In this document: in pieces, positions 19,430-28,332 of the stretch
How positions within the stretch are numbered: position 1 is the first letter of the stretch
Layout: every line of letters starts with the position of its first letter
DNA from: Abditibacterium sp.
GTDB taxonomy: Bacteria; Armatimonadota; Abditibacteriia; Abditibacteriales; Abditibacteriaceae
Direction: 5' to 3'
Length of the DNA stretch: 64,000 nt
NCBI GenBank assembly: GCA_965199495.1
Contig: CBDASK010000003.1
Coordinates: 1,504,001 to 1,568,000 of the forward strand
The notes under the pieces: generated by a model
Database searches by the model: none
What the model saw: the letters and a program-made list of their open reading frames with translations, nothing else
Told to the model about the DNA's origin: nothing
Made by a program: the position numbers and the translations under genes

Positions 19430-20638
19430 ATGAAAGGCAAAACGATAATTTTGGGCATTGGCGGCGGCATCGCGTCTTATAAAATCGCCGATTTGGCCTC
19501 CAAACTCACGCAACGCGGCGCCGATGTTCACGCGGTTTTGACCGATTCGGCCACGCGTTTTATCGCGCCGCTCACCTTTCAAGCTCTCACACATAATTCG
19601 GCTTTAACTTCGCTATGGGTCGAGCCAAACAATTCCGATGCCGGTTTGAGCGCCGGAATGCCGCATATTGATTTGGCCGACCGCGCCGATTTAATTTTAA
19701 TCGCGCCAGCGACGGCCAACTTGATTTCCAAACTCGCGCGTGGCGCGGGCGACGACCTGCTGACGACTTTAGTTTTAGCCACGCGCGCGCCCATCGCGGT
19801 GGCGCCCGCGATGAATCCACAGATGCTTGCTCATCCGGCGACGCAACGCAATTTGCGGGTTTTGCGCGAATTCGGCTACTCGATTATCGAGCCAGAAAGC
19901 GGGCGCATGGCGTGCGAACATATCGGCACTGGACGACTACCGGAAACTGCGGAATTAATGGATTGGATCCAAAACGCGCTGTTCCCAGTTCGCGATTTGG
20001 ATGGTTTGCGCGTCGTCGTAACGGCGGGGCCGACGCGCGAAAATTTGGATCCGGTGCGCTATTTGTCCAATCGTTCTTCGGGAAAAATGGGTTACGCAGT
20101 CGCGCAAAACGCGGCAGAGCGCGGCGCGATTGTCACGCTAATTTCGGGGCCGACTTCGCTGGCGGCGCCGCCCGATGTCGAACGAATTGATGTGCAAACC
20201 GCATTAGAGATGCGTGCAGCCACGGCGACGGCGTTCGGCGATTGCGACGCCTTAATCGCCGCCGCCGCGCCCGCCGATTTTCGCGCGTTGGAAGTGCCAG
20301 CGCAAAAAATCAAGCGCGGCGAACAAACCAATTTAACGCTCGAACTCGCCGCCAATCCCGACATCGTGCGCGAATGCGCGGCGCGCAAGCGCGACGGACA
20401 AATCGTCGTCGGTTTCGCCGCCGAAACCGGCGATCCGACAATTGAAGCGACGCGCAAACTGCGCGAGAAAAATCTCGATGCCATCGTCGCCAACGACGTT
20501 TCTGCTCTCGACGCGGGCTTCGATGTCGAAACCAATCGCGTGATTTGGATCGCGCCCGGCAAGACCGAAGCGTGGCCGTTGTTGCGCAAAAGCGAAGTCG
20601 CCGCGCGCATCTGGGACGAAATTTTGAAATTACGGTGA
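19430..20638 (+). CDS. coaBC: Phosphopantothenoylcysteine decarboxylase/ligase
   Basis: GGIASYK, APATAN, APAMN, TAGPTRENLDPVRYLSNRSSGKMG, VGFAAET. Confidence 0.97.
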   Translation: MKGKTIILGIGGGIASYKIADLASKLTQRGADVHAVLTDSATRFIAPLTFQALTHNSALTSLWVEPNNSDAGLSAGMPHIDLADRADLILIAPATANLISKLARGAGDDLLTTLVLATRAPIAVAPAMNPQMLAHPATQRNLRVLREFGYSIIEPESGRMACEHIGTGRLPETAELMDWIQNALFPVRDLDGLRVVVTAGPTRENLDPVRYLSNRSSGKMGYAVAQNAAERGAIVTLISGPTSLAAPPDVERIDVQTALEMRAATATAFGDCDALIAAAAPADFRALEVPAQKIKRGEQTNLTLELAANPDIVRECAARKRDGQIVVGFAAETGDPTIEATRKLREKNLDAIVANDVSALDAGFDVETNRVIWIAPGKTEAWPLLRKSEVAARIWDEILKLR

Positions 20639-20654
20639 GAGAAAGTAAACGAAC

Positions 20655-20690
20655 AAAAACGGCTCCGCCACAATTGGCGGAGCCGTTTTC
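20655..20690. terminator. Bidirectional terminator
   Basis: aaaaacggctccgcca-caat-tggcggagccgtttt between convergent genes. Confidence 0.8.
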
Positions 20691-20703
20691 GTTACCCTAA
20701 ATT

Positions 20704-22428
20704 TTACTTCGTTTGCGGTTGAATCTGAATGCCGCCGTTACCGCCCATCATGCCGCCCATGCCGGGTTGCTGTTGCGGTTTGATTTTGGCGCGTTCGGCT
20801 TCGGCCAATTTCGGCTCTTTTAGCAAACCGAATTCGGCGGCGATTTGGCCGCGCGTAGCATCGTCGGGATTGAAACCAAACGGCGAGGGCGCCGAAGGAG
20901 CTTCGTCCAATCGCTTGGAGGCCGCTTTCAATTCGTCCAATGCGAGTTTAGGCTGTCCGGCGTCGCGCAGGGCGCGGGCGTATTCGACGCGCAGAGCGGT
21001 GTCGTTCGGCTGTTTCTCGGACGCAGCTTGGAGCGCTTTTAACTGTTCGGGCTTGTTGCCCTGCCCGGCGTAAAGCTGCGCCAGTTGATAGTTAATCGCG
21101 GCGTTTTCCATATCGCTATCGCCGGGCAAAGCCGATTTATATTGTTCGATGGAAGCGGCGCGCGTTTTCTTCTGTTCTTCGGGCGTTTTGGAGAAAAATC
21201 CCGGATCGTTTTGCGCTTTGTAGGCCAGCAATGCCGCATCAGAAATTGTGGGAGTGGCGGCTTTTTTGATCTCGTCCTGCTTTTTCGTCCACGCTTGTGA
21301 ATCCTGATTCTTCTCGTAATCTTCGAGAGCTTTCTTCTTGTTTTTCGCGTAATCGGCGGGCAACTTCAGCGCGCGCTGCTCGACCAAAAAGATATTTTGA
21401 TTGCCACTGGCGTCTTTGATGGGGCCAACCAGCGTGCCCGTGCTTTTGGCGAGTTGATCGCCGATTTCGGCGCCCAATTCGGCGGGCAATTTCCAACCGA
21501 GTTCGCCGCCTTTGGCGCTGCTGGCCGGGTCGTCGCTCTGCGCCTTGGCAATCGCCGCGAAGTTGGCGGCGGTCGGCGCGGCTTTGAGTTGCGTCATCAA
21601 TTTGTCGGCTTTGGCCTGCGCTTCCTGTTCGGCGGCTTTGGGATCAGTCGGCGTTTTGGCGTCGCTCTTGGGAAGGGGCGGGCGCACCACGATTTGACGC
21701 AATTGCAGTTTGGTCTGGCTGCGTTTGTAATCGTCCTCGCTGACTTTGTTGGCGTCCTCGATCTGCTTTTGATACTTTTCCACGTAAAGCTGATCGCGAA
21801 TGCCCTCGCGCTGGTCGGGCGTGATTTTGGACAGCGTGTCGGCTTTGGCCTTTTCCATCGAACCGTATTGCGCCTCGATCAAACGGCGCAGTTGTGCCTC
21901 GGACTGGCCGGGTTGCGGCTCAAAACTCTTGGCGATTTCCTCGTTGATTTTGGCGTCAACGTCGGCATCGGTGATGTTAATCCCGGCGGCTTTGGCGGCC
22001 TGAATCGTGGCGGCGTTGGCGGTCAAGCCTTCGAGTGTGGACTGCTTGCCCGCGAAATAAGACGCCGCCGTGGTGGTCTGTCCATACTGGCGCATGAACT
22101 GTTCCTGACGATCCATCGCGCCCGCGAGGTCGCCCGCCGAAATCGTTTTCTCGCCGAGTTTTGCGACGGTTGCGGTCGAGTTAATCGCGCGCGGGCCACC
22201 GTGCTGCGCCAGTTGGGCGGGTGGGAAGAGCGACGAGGCCATGAAACCGCCCGCCATAATCACGCCCGAACCGACCAAAAACACCTTGACGATGTTAGAA
22301 GCCACGGCGCCGCGACGGATGCCTTCAATGGAAAATGGCGAAGGTTTTTCTTCTTTGTAACGCGCTTTTTCAACGGTTTCGGGCGCCTTTGGACGCTTAA
22401 CCGGAGTTTGAGAATCTTTGACTGACAT
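20704..22428 (-). CDS. SurA/PrsA-like parvulin peptidyl-prolyl isomerase with TPR-like C-terminus
   Basis: N-terminal TM, SurA_N-like helical part, FAAIAKAQSDDPASSAKGGELGW. Confidence 0.85.
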   Translation of the reverse strand: MSVKDSQTPVKRPKAPETVEKARYKEEKPSPFSIEGIRRGAVASNIVKVFLVGSGVIMAGGFMASSLFPPAQLAQHGGPRAINSTATVAKLGEKTISAGDLAGAMDRQEQFMRQYGQTTTAASYFAGKQSTLEGLTANAATIQAAKAAGINITDADVDAKINEEIAKSFEPQPGQSEAQLRRLIEAQYGSMEKAKADTLSKITPDQREGIRDQLYVEKYQKQIEDANKVSEDDYKRSQTKLQLRQIVVRPPLPKSDAKTPTDPKAAEQEAQAKADKLMTQLKAAPTAANFAAIAKAQSDDPASSAKGGELGWKLPAELGAEIGDQLAKSTGTLVGPIKDASGNQNIFLVEQRALKLPADYAKNKKKALEDYEKNQDSQAWTKKQDEIKKAATPTISDAALLAYKAQNDPGFFSKTPEEQKKTRAASIEQYKSALPGDSDMENAAINYQLAQLYAGQGNKPEQLKALQAASEKQPNDTALRVEYARALRDAGQPKLALDELKAASKRLDEAPSAPSPFGFNPDDATRGQIAAEFGLLKEPKLAEAERAKIKPQQQPGMGGMMGGNGGIQIQPQTK

Positions 22429-22503
22429 GGTTTTATTGGGAGAAGTCGGAAGTTAGAAACTTTAAAGCGCTGTTTGGGCCTTTCATTTCTAACTTTTAAC
22501 TCC

Positions 22504-23145
22504 TTAAAGATGAGAAGTGTCGTTGATATATGAAATCACGAGTGGCAAGCCCTCAAGTTTCTCAGACTCAGCGTTTTGCGGCGCGGCAACGCGAATTTTC
22601 GTCAACGAGCAGTTACCGATTTGCAAACGCCGCGCGTTCGCTGGCGGCGCGCCCAGCAGGTGACACAGCAAAACGCGCAGCGATCCGTTATGCCCGACAA
22701 CCGCGACCGTTTGTCCGGCGTGCTTTTCCAGCAACGCGTTCCATTCCGGCTCTAATCGCGCCCACAACATTTGATAACTTTCGCCATCGGGCGGCGCAAC
22801 CAGCCACGGATCGGCGACGCGCTGTTTCCACAATTCGGCGTAATCCGCGTTGATTTGCGCTTCGCTCAAACCTTCCCACGTGCCATAATTGACTTCGTTC
22901 CAGCCTTCCAAACGCGTCACTTTCAAATCATGATCGGCGGCGATTCCATCGGCAGTGCGCCACGCGCGTTGCAATTTCGAAGCGTAAACCGCGTCGAGAT
23001 GCACGTCTTTCAAACGCGTCGCAATGGCGCGCGCTTGTTCGATGCCGCGCGGCGTCAGTTCTAAATCGCGCGCGCCCGCAAAAGTGCGAATCGCGCCCGA
23101 ATTGCCAGCGACTTCGCCGTGCCGAATCAAATAAATCGTGGTCAT
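22504..23145 (-). CDS. Histidine phosphatase family protein
   Basis: LIRHGE, SKLQRAWRTA, EVNYGTWEG, VVGHNG. Confidence 0.92.
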   Translation of the reverse strand: MTTIYLIRHGEVAGNSGAIRTFAGARDLELTPRGIEQARAIATRLKDVHLDAVYASKLQRAWRTADGIAADHDLKVTRLEGWNEVNYGTWEGLSEAQINADYAELWKQRVADPWLVAPPDGESYQMLWARLEPEWNALLEKHAGQTVAVVGHNGSLRVLLCHLLGAPPANARRLQIGNCSLTKIRVAAPQNAESEKLEGLPLVISYINDTSHL

Positions 23146-23176
23146 AACTTTGGAAATTTAAAAGTTGCCAGTTACT

Positions 23177-23319
23177 GCTCGCTTGTCATGGGTGCGCAGT
23201 GAGGCACGAACGAAGTCGAAGAATCCAAAGGTTGCGCGTTGACTTCGCTTTGGCCTCACCCGGAGTCCTGGATTCTTCGACTTCGTTCGTGCCTCACTGC
23301 GCACCCATGACAAGCGAGC
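23177..23319. repeat. Family A variant hairpin
   Basis: Perfect 51-bp arms 23177-23227 and 23269-23319 (gcttgtcatgggtgcgcagtgaggcacgaacg...). Confidence 0.9.
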
Positions 23320-23335
23320 GTATTAAATTAACTCC

Positions 23336-24355
23336 CTACTTTCGCGCCAATCCCGCTGCTAATTCGGCGTTGCGCATCGCCAAATCGCGCCATTTTTGAA
23401 GCGTCGCATTTGGAACGGGTCGCGCTTGTTCTATCAACTGCGGCAAGGTTTGCACTTCGTCGGGCGAACCTAAACTCGGAGCGCCCAACAGTGTAGCCAG
23501 CGCCGAAACTTTCGGGTCGTAATTGAGGGCGACTGTCGAAACTCCCTGCGAAGCCGCGAAAATCAGCGCGTGCAAACGCATCGCGATCATCAAATCGCCG
23601 CTGCCCGCCAGCGCGACCAATTCGGCGGTCGTTTTTCCTTTGACTTCTAATTTCTCCGACGCTTCGACTAAACCGTTGAGAATTTCGTCGTCGGGGCCGG
23701 GCTGCATCGTCAAGAATTTCAGCGTCGCGCCCGCCGCCGTGGCTGCTGTGCGCAGTGCCGCGATTAATTCGGGAATCGCGCCTTCGCTCGCGCCCGGCCA
23801 ACTGCGCAGCGCGATAACCCATCGTTTTGGCCCGCGCTGCACGCCCGGCGCGGGCGCCAAACTCCACACCGGATCGGCGGTGATTTCGACGGCGCGCGTC
23901 ACGCCGATTTCGCGCAGCAATTGCGCCGAAGCCGGGTCGCGCACCGTCGCGATTTCGGCGCCCTGAAACGCCGCGCGCGCCAACTTGCGTGAAATTGGAC
24001 TTTTCAGCGGCCCGACGCCCTGCGCATACATCATCGCCGGTTTGCCGCTCAAACGCGCCATACGCAACACGCCGGTGTAATAAACCACGTTGCGCACACT
24101 GGTCACGTCCTGCAACAACGAGCCGCCGCCTGACAAAAAAACATCGCAGCGTTTAATTGCTTCCATCAATTCGCGCGGACTCTGGCGCCCAACCGCTTCG
24201 CAACCGTGCAGCGTGCGCGTGGCAGAAACGTCGCCCGCCGTCGCGCAAAAGGTGGCATCTGGGCGCTGAGTTTTGAGCGCGCCAATCATCGCCGCCAAAA
24301 CCGCTTCGTCGCCCGCGTTGGCGAACCCGAAATAACCGTTGATGAGAAAATTCAC
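23336..24355 (-). CDS. csaB: Polysaccharide pyruvyl transferase CsaB
   Basis: GYFGFANAGDEA, SGGGSLLQDVTS, AQGVGP, TVRD, AMRLHALI, YDPKV. Confidence 0.92.
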   Translation of the reverse strand: MNFLINGYFGFANAGDEAVLAAMIGALKTQRPDATFCATAGDVSATRTLHGCEAVGRQSPRELMEAIKRCDVFLSGGGSLLQDVTSVRNVVYYTGVLRMARLSGKPAMMYAQGVGPLKSPISRKLARAAFQGAEIATVRDPASAQLLREIGVTRAVEITADPVWSLAPAPGVQRGPKRWVIALRSWPGASEGAIPELIAALRTAATAAGATLKFLTMQPGPDDEILNGLVEASEKLEVKGKTTAELVALAGSGDLMIAMRLHALIFAASQGVSTVALNYDPKVSALATLLGAPSLGSPDEVQTLPQLIEQARPVPNATLQKWRDLAMRNAELAAGLARK

Positions 24356-24394
24356 GAGACAAATAGGTTAGCGGATTTCAAATTTCGGATGTCA

Positions 24395-24582
24395 GATTTC
24401 GGATTTGGCGCGCTGTGTCATTTGGAGTGAGGCACGAACCGAGAAATCTTGTGGCCCCGCGCCAGCGGAAATTACGCGATTCCTTCGACGTGAATCACTC
24501 GCAAAATTGCGCTGCCGCGCGGGCGAAAGATTTCTCGGTTCGTGCCTCACTCCAAATGACACAGCGCGCCAAATCCGAAATC
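24395..24582. repeat. Family A hairpin with outer heptamer (GATTTCG) arms
   Basis: gatttcggatttggcgcgctgtgtcatttggagtgaggcacgaaccgagaaatctt and its reverse complement. Confidence 0.9.
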
Positions 24583-24586
24583 GCTT

Positions 24587-25132
24587 TCACTTCACCAGTT
24601 CGAGCATCGCGCGAAAATCTGGGGTTCCGGCTTCGCCCAACAATTCGTAAATCGCCGCCTCGGTCGAAGTCGCCACGGCGCCCGCGCGCATCATGCGCTC
24701 CCAGCCGACGCGACGATTGTCTTCGCGCCGCGACGAAATCGCATCGTAAGCCGTAAAGACGGTGAAATCGTGGTCAATCAAATCGAGCGCGGTTTGCGCC
24801 ACGCAAATATGCGCTTCGATACCGCACAATAAAACGTTCTGACGCCCGCAATTTTCGATGTTCTCGCGCGCGTCGGGCCACGCCGAAAACCGCATTTTTT
24901 CGACCGCTTCAAATTCGCCCAGCGCGCGTTTTATTGCGTCGGCAGTGCCGCCGATTTTCGCCGTGTTTTGCTGCGAAACCACGACCGGCATTTCCAAACG
25001 CCGCGCGAGGGTCGCCAGCATGGCGATGTTGCGTTCCAATCGCTGCGCCTCGAAAATTTCGGGCAGCAGACGCGTTTGCACGTCGCAGATGAAAAGCAGC
25101 GCGTTGTCGCGCGTTAGTCGAGGCTGGGGCAT
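24587..25132 (-). CDS. Isochorismatase-family hydrolase
   Basis: ICDVQTRL, KMRFSAW, CGIEAHICVAQTALDL; ATG 25132. Confidence 0.9.
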   Translation of the reverse strand: MPQPRLTRDNALLFICDVQTRLLPEIFEAQRLERNIAMLATLARRLEMPVVVSQQNTAKIGGTADAIKRALGEFEAVEKMRFSAWPDARENIENCGRQNVLLCGIEAHICVAQTALDLIDHDFTVFTAYDAISSRREDNRRVGWERMMRAGAVATSTEAAIYELLGEAGTPDFRAMLELVK

Positions 25133-25270
25133 CAGGAGAGAAAGGATATTAAAGACGAACGATAAAAAGTAGTTTTCCCTTGCCAGTATGTAACTTCTGC
25201 GGCATTGCGTTTGCGTCGCTATTTGCGCCGAAATGGGGCGCAAACGCGCCGTTCATATCGGTAAAATATC

Positions 25271-26173
25271 ATGTCGAACACCAAAAATCAATACGCAATG
25301 CAAAATCCCGTGACGCAATATCCCTCTCCGCCGTTTCCCAAACAGCCGCAAAACGCGCCCGGTCTGGCCCAGAAAATGGAGCCGCAACCCGATCACGGCG
25401 AAGAATCTTATCAGGGTTTCGGCAGATTGGCCGGACGTAAGGCGCTGATTACCGGCGGCGATTCGGGCATCGGGCGCGCTGCCGCCATCGCGATGGCGCG
25501 CGAGGGCGCCGATGTCGCCATCGGTTATTTGCCTTCCGAAGAAGCCGACGCCAAACAAGTCATCGAATGGATCGAAAAAGCGGGCCGCCGCGCCGTTGCT
25601 TTGCCGGGCGACATCAAGGACGAAGCGTTCTGCCAAAAATTAGTCGCCGATGCCGTTGAACAATTGGGCGGATTGGATATTTTGGTCAACAACGCGGGCA
25701 AGCAAACTTCGGCTTCGTCGCTCGAAGAGATCACCACCGAACAGTTCGACGCGACCTTTAAAACCAACGTTTACGCGATGTTTTGGATTACCAAAGCCGC
25801 TTTACCGCATCTTCCGGCGGGCGCGAGCATCATCAATACGGCTTCGATTCAGGCGTTCGACAGTTCCAAGAACTTGCTCGATTACGCGCAGACCAAATCG
25901 AGCATCGTGGCGTTTACGCACGCGCTGGCGAAGAATATCGCCGAAAAAGGCATTCGCGTCAACGCCGTGGCTCCCGGCCCGGTCTGGACGCCATTGCAAT
26001 CGAGCGGCGGCCAGCCGCAGGATTCCATCGAGAAATTCGGCGCCAAAACGCCGATGGGTCGCCCCGGCCAACCCGCCGAATTCGGCCCGGTCTACGTGTT
26101 TTTGGCCTCGCAGGAAGCCAGCTACGTCACCGGCGAAGTTTATGGCGTGACCGGCGGCGAAGGTTTGATGTAA
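25271..26173 (+). CDS. SDR oxidoreductase (YghA/general stress type)
   Basis: [34 protein letters not shown]. Confidence 0.93.
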   Translation: MSNTKNQYAMQNPVTQYPSPPFPKQPQNAPGLAQKMEPQPDHGEESYQGFGRLAGRKALITGGDSGIGRAAAIAMAREGADVAIGYLPSEEADAKQVIEWIEKAGRRAVALPGDIKDEAFCQKLVADAVEQLGGLDILVNNAGKQTSASSLEEITTEQFDATFKTNVYAMFWITKAALPHLPAGASIINTASIQAFDSSKNLLDYAQTKSSIVAFTHALAKNIAEKGIRVNAVAPGPVWTPLQSSGGQPQDSIEKFGAKTPMGRPGQPAEFGPVYVFLASQEASYVTGEVYGVTGGEGLM

Positions 26174-26246
26174 ATCGTCAAGACGACGTTAAAACAATCG
26201 CGCGCGCCGGGAACTCTCGGCGCGCGCGGTTGTTTATGCACACAGC

Positions 26247-26957
26247 ATGAAAAACCTGAAATCTCCATTATTCTTTGGCGCCGTCATCGTCGGCGCTTCC
26301 GTCGCGCTCTTTGCAGCCAGCGCCGTGAATCGTCCCACCGTCGCCGATGCCGCCACGGCGAGCGCGCAGACCGAAGACATCGCCAAAAAACCGGCGCCCG
26401 TGATCCTGGCCAAACCCGGCCAAAGCACCGCGACTTTCGCCGGTGGCTGCTTTTGGAGCATGGACGCGATTTTCAATCAAGTCAAAGGCGTTGACAGCGC
26501 GCAACCCGGTTATGCGGGCGGCAATTCCAAAAACCCGACCTACGAAGGCGTCGCGCAGGGCGACACCGGTTATGCCGAAACCATCAACGTGATTTACGAT
26601 CCGAAAGTGATTTCGTATAAAGATTTGGTGGATATTTTTCTCACCGTGCATAATCCGACGCAACTGAATTATCAGGGCAACGACACGGGCACGCAATACC
26701 GCAGCGAGATTTTCTATCGCAGCCCAGAGCAAAAGCAAATCGCCGAAACTGCCATCGCGAAACCGGCCTCGGCTTACGGCTGGAAAGAAACGAGCAAAAT
26801 CGTGACGCAACTCGCACCCTACGACAAGTTTTATCGCGCCGAGACTTATCATCTCAACTACTACAACCAACATCCCAACGAAGGCTACTGCTCCGCCGTC
26901 GTCGGGCCGGAAATCGAGCATTTCAAAGAGAAATTTGGCGACCGTTTGAAAAAGTAA
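26247..26957 (+). CDS. msrA: Peptide-methionine (S)-S-oxide reductase with signal peptide
   Basis: FAGGCFW, GYAGG, QGNDTGTQYRS, AETYHLNYY; hydrophobic N-terminus. Confidence 0.95.
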   Translation: MKNLKSPLFFGAVIVGASVALFAASAVNRPTVADAATASAQTEDIAKKPAPVILAKPGQSTATFAGGCFWSMDAIFNQVKGVDSAQPGYAGGNSKNPTYEGVAQGDTGYAETINVIYDPKVISYKDLVDIFLTVHNPTQLNYQGNDTGTQYRSEIFYRSPEQKQIAETAIAKPASAYGWKETSKIVTQLAPYDKFYRAETYHLNYYNQHPNEGYCSAVVGPEIEHFKEKFGDRLKK

Positions 26958-26971
26958 GCTGGGCCGAAATG

Positions 26972-27008
26972 AAACCGCCGCGTTCGTAAATGAACACGGC
27001 GGTTTTTT
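26972..27008. terminator. Intrinsic terminator
   Basis: aaaccgccgcgttc-gtaaat-gaacacggcggtttttt. Confidence 0.75.
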
Positions 27009-27011
27009 GTG

Positions 27012-27356
27012 TCAGTCCAAACCGTCCGATTCTGGCGCGCGGGCGCCCACAATAAACCAAATCAACATTCCAGCCCCACTACCAGCCACGGCGCCGGTGA
27101 ACAATGCCAAAAACAGGGAAACGATCGCCATAAATGGATTGTCAATATCATCGGTTGCGCTGAGCATCATCCAAAGCAGAGCAAGCGCGCCAAAGCCGCC
27201 CAACGCGCCGCCGCCGAAAAACAAAAGCACGCCGCCAAACCAGCCGACGATCCATTTAGGCGGCGGTTTAAGAGGCTTGCGCCGCTTTTTTGGCGCCGAG
27301 TTGCCAGTGAACTCGATGCGATGTTTCGGCGATTCCGATGGCAAGTTTGAAGACAT
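27012..27356 (-). CDS. Hypothetical two-TM membrane protein
   Basis: Two hydrophobic segments; ATG 27356 follows the upstream stop. Confidence 0.6.
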   Translation of the reverse strand: MSSNLPSESPKHRIEFTGNSAPKKRRKPLKPPPKWIVGWFGGVLLFFGGGALGGFGALALLWMMLSATDDIDNPFMAIVSLFLALFTGAVAGSGAGMLIWFIVGARAPESDGLD

Positions 27357-27367
27357 AGAAATTGGTT

Positions 27368-27694
27368 TCAACCCGGCAAATAACTCGCGCAACGCGCTTT
27401 GAGAAGTTCGACCAAATCGTCATCCATATATTCGTAATCGTCGGGAATATCCAAAACCGCGACGCGTTTTCCGGCGAGTTCCCGTTTGATCCTGCGATTC
27501 AAACGCGTTTTATGCGCGCTTTCCATTACCAAAATCAAGTCGGCCCATTCGATTTGTTCGCTGCACAATGGAACTTCCGCATCGTTGTTGAGGCCCGCTG
27601 AATCGGTTGCGACGCCTTCATAATCGGCAAACAAATCCGCCGCTGTTGGGCTGCGCAGTTTGTTTTGCGAACAGAGAAAAAGAATATGTTTCAT
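27368..27694 (-). CDS. Low-molecular-weight phosphotyrosine phosphatase-family protein
   Basis: LFLCSQNKLRSPTA (CX5R), SAG, EWADLI, LDIPDDY. Confidence 0.9.
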   Translation of the reverse strand: MKHILFLCSQNKLRSPTAADLFADYEGVATDSAGLNNDAEVPLCSEQIEWADLILVMESAHKTRLNRRIKRELAGKRVAVLDIPDDYEYMDDDLVELLKARCASYLPG

Positions 27695-28060
27695 CGGGAA
27701 TTACGATTGTCTTCCATTTTTCGCCGCCAAACTTCGCCAACAACTTCATCCAAAGCCTTGACCTGCGCTTCCGATGTCGAAGTTTGAGACACGATTTGAA
27801 ACCCGCTGTTGATGCCCGTCGGCCCATGAATGACGCGCACGAATCCGCCACGAGAACTGTGTCCATGCTCGACAACAATATCGGAGACAACGCAAAACTC
27901 GCGCTGAATTTCGGCTAACAATCGCTCTTTGACTTTGCCGACCGATTCGAGCGCCGTAGGCCGCGCGCCGCTCGATGCCAGAGATGGCGTGACCAACGAT
28001 AACCAACGGGCCTTCTTCGTCATAATCTACGCGGATTTGAAAATCTTCGGGACGAATCAT
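27691..28060 (-). pseudogene. Probable frameshifted hypothetical gene
   Basis: ORF 27746..28060 gives a plausible N-terminus and ORF 27691..28023 a plausible C-terminus whose stop overlaps the next ATG; frame switch near 27950. Confidence 0.5.
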
Positions 28061-28265
28061 GGACGAAAGTTTACCGGCGATGACCCAACCAGAACGCGAC
28101 TTATCGCACGCCGCTCACTGCGTTGGGGATAACTTATTCGCTTGCGGGCATAAATCGAGTGAAAGCGCGCGTTGGAGCGAATCGCGTTGTTTTCAATGGA
28201 AATTAAACCGCAGAAACAGTTGCCGTTTCGAGTGGCAGAAGTTAGAATGTTTGGGGTTGCTCATT

Positions 28266-28311
28266 CGCTACATTTTGTGGCACACCCAGACGCGCGGCAC
28301 AAGATGTTGCG
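28266..28311 (+). promoter_or_regulatory. Tandem NrdR boxes
   Basis: CGCTACATTTTGTG (28266) and CACAAGATGTTGCG (28298) resemble the NrdR consensus, 32 bp apart, just upstream of the RNR gene. Confidence 0.8.
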
Positions 28312-28332
28312 CTTTTCGCTTTTTTTAACCTC

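Noticed and set aside
28060..28332. Cobalamin riboswitch upstream of nrdJ
   Set aside because: No B12-box elements recognised; the NrdR boxes account for regulation
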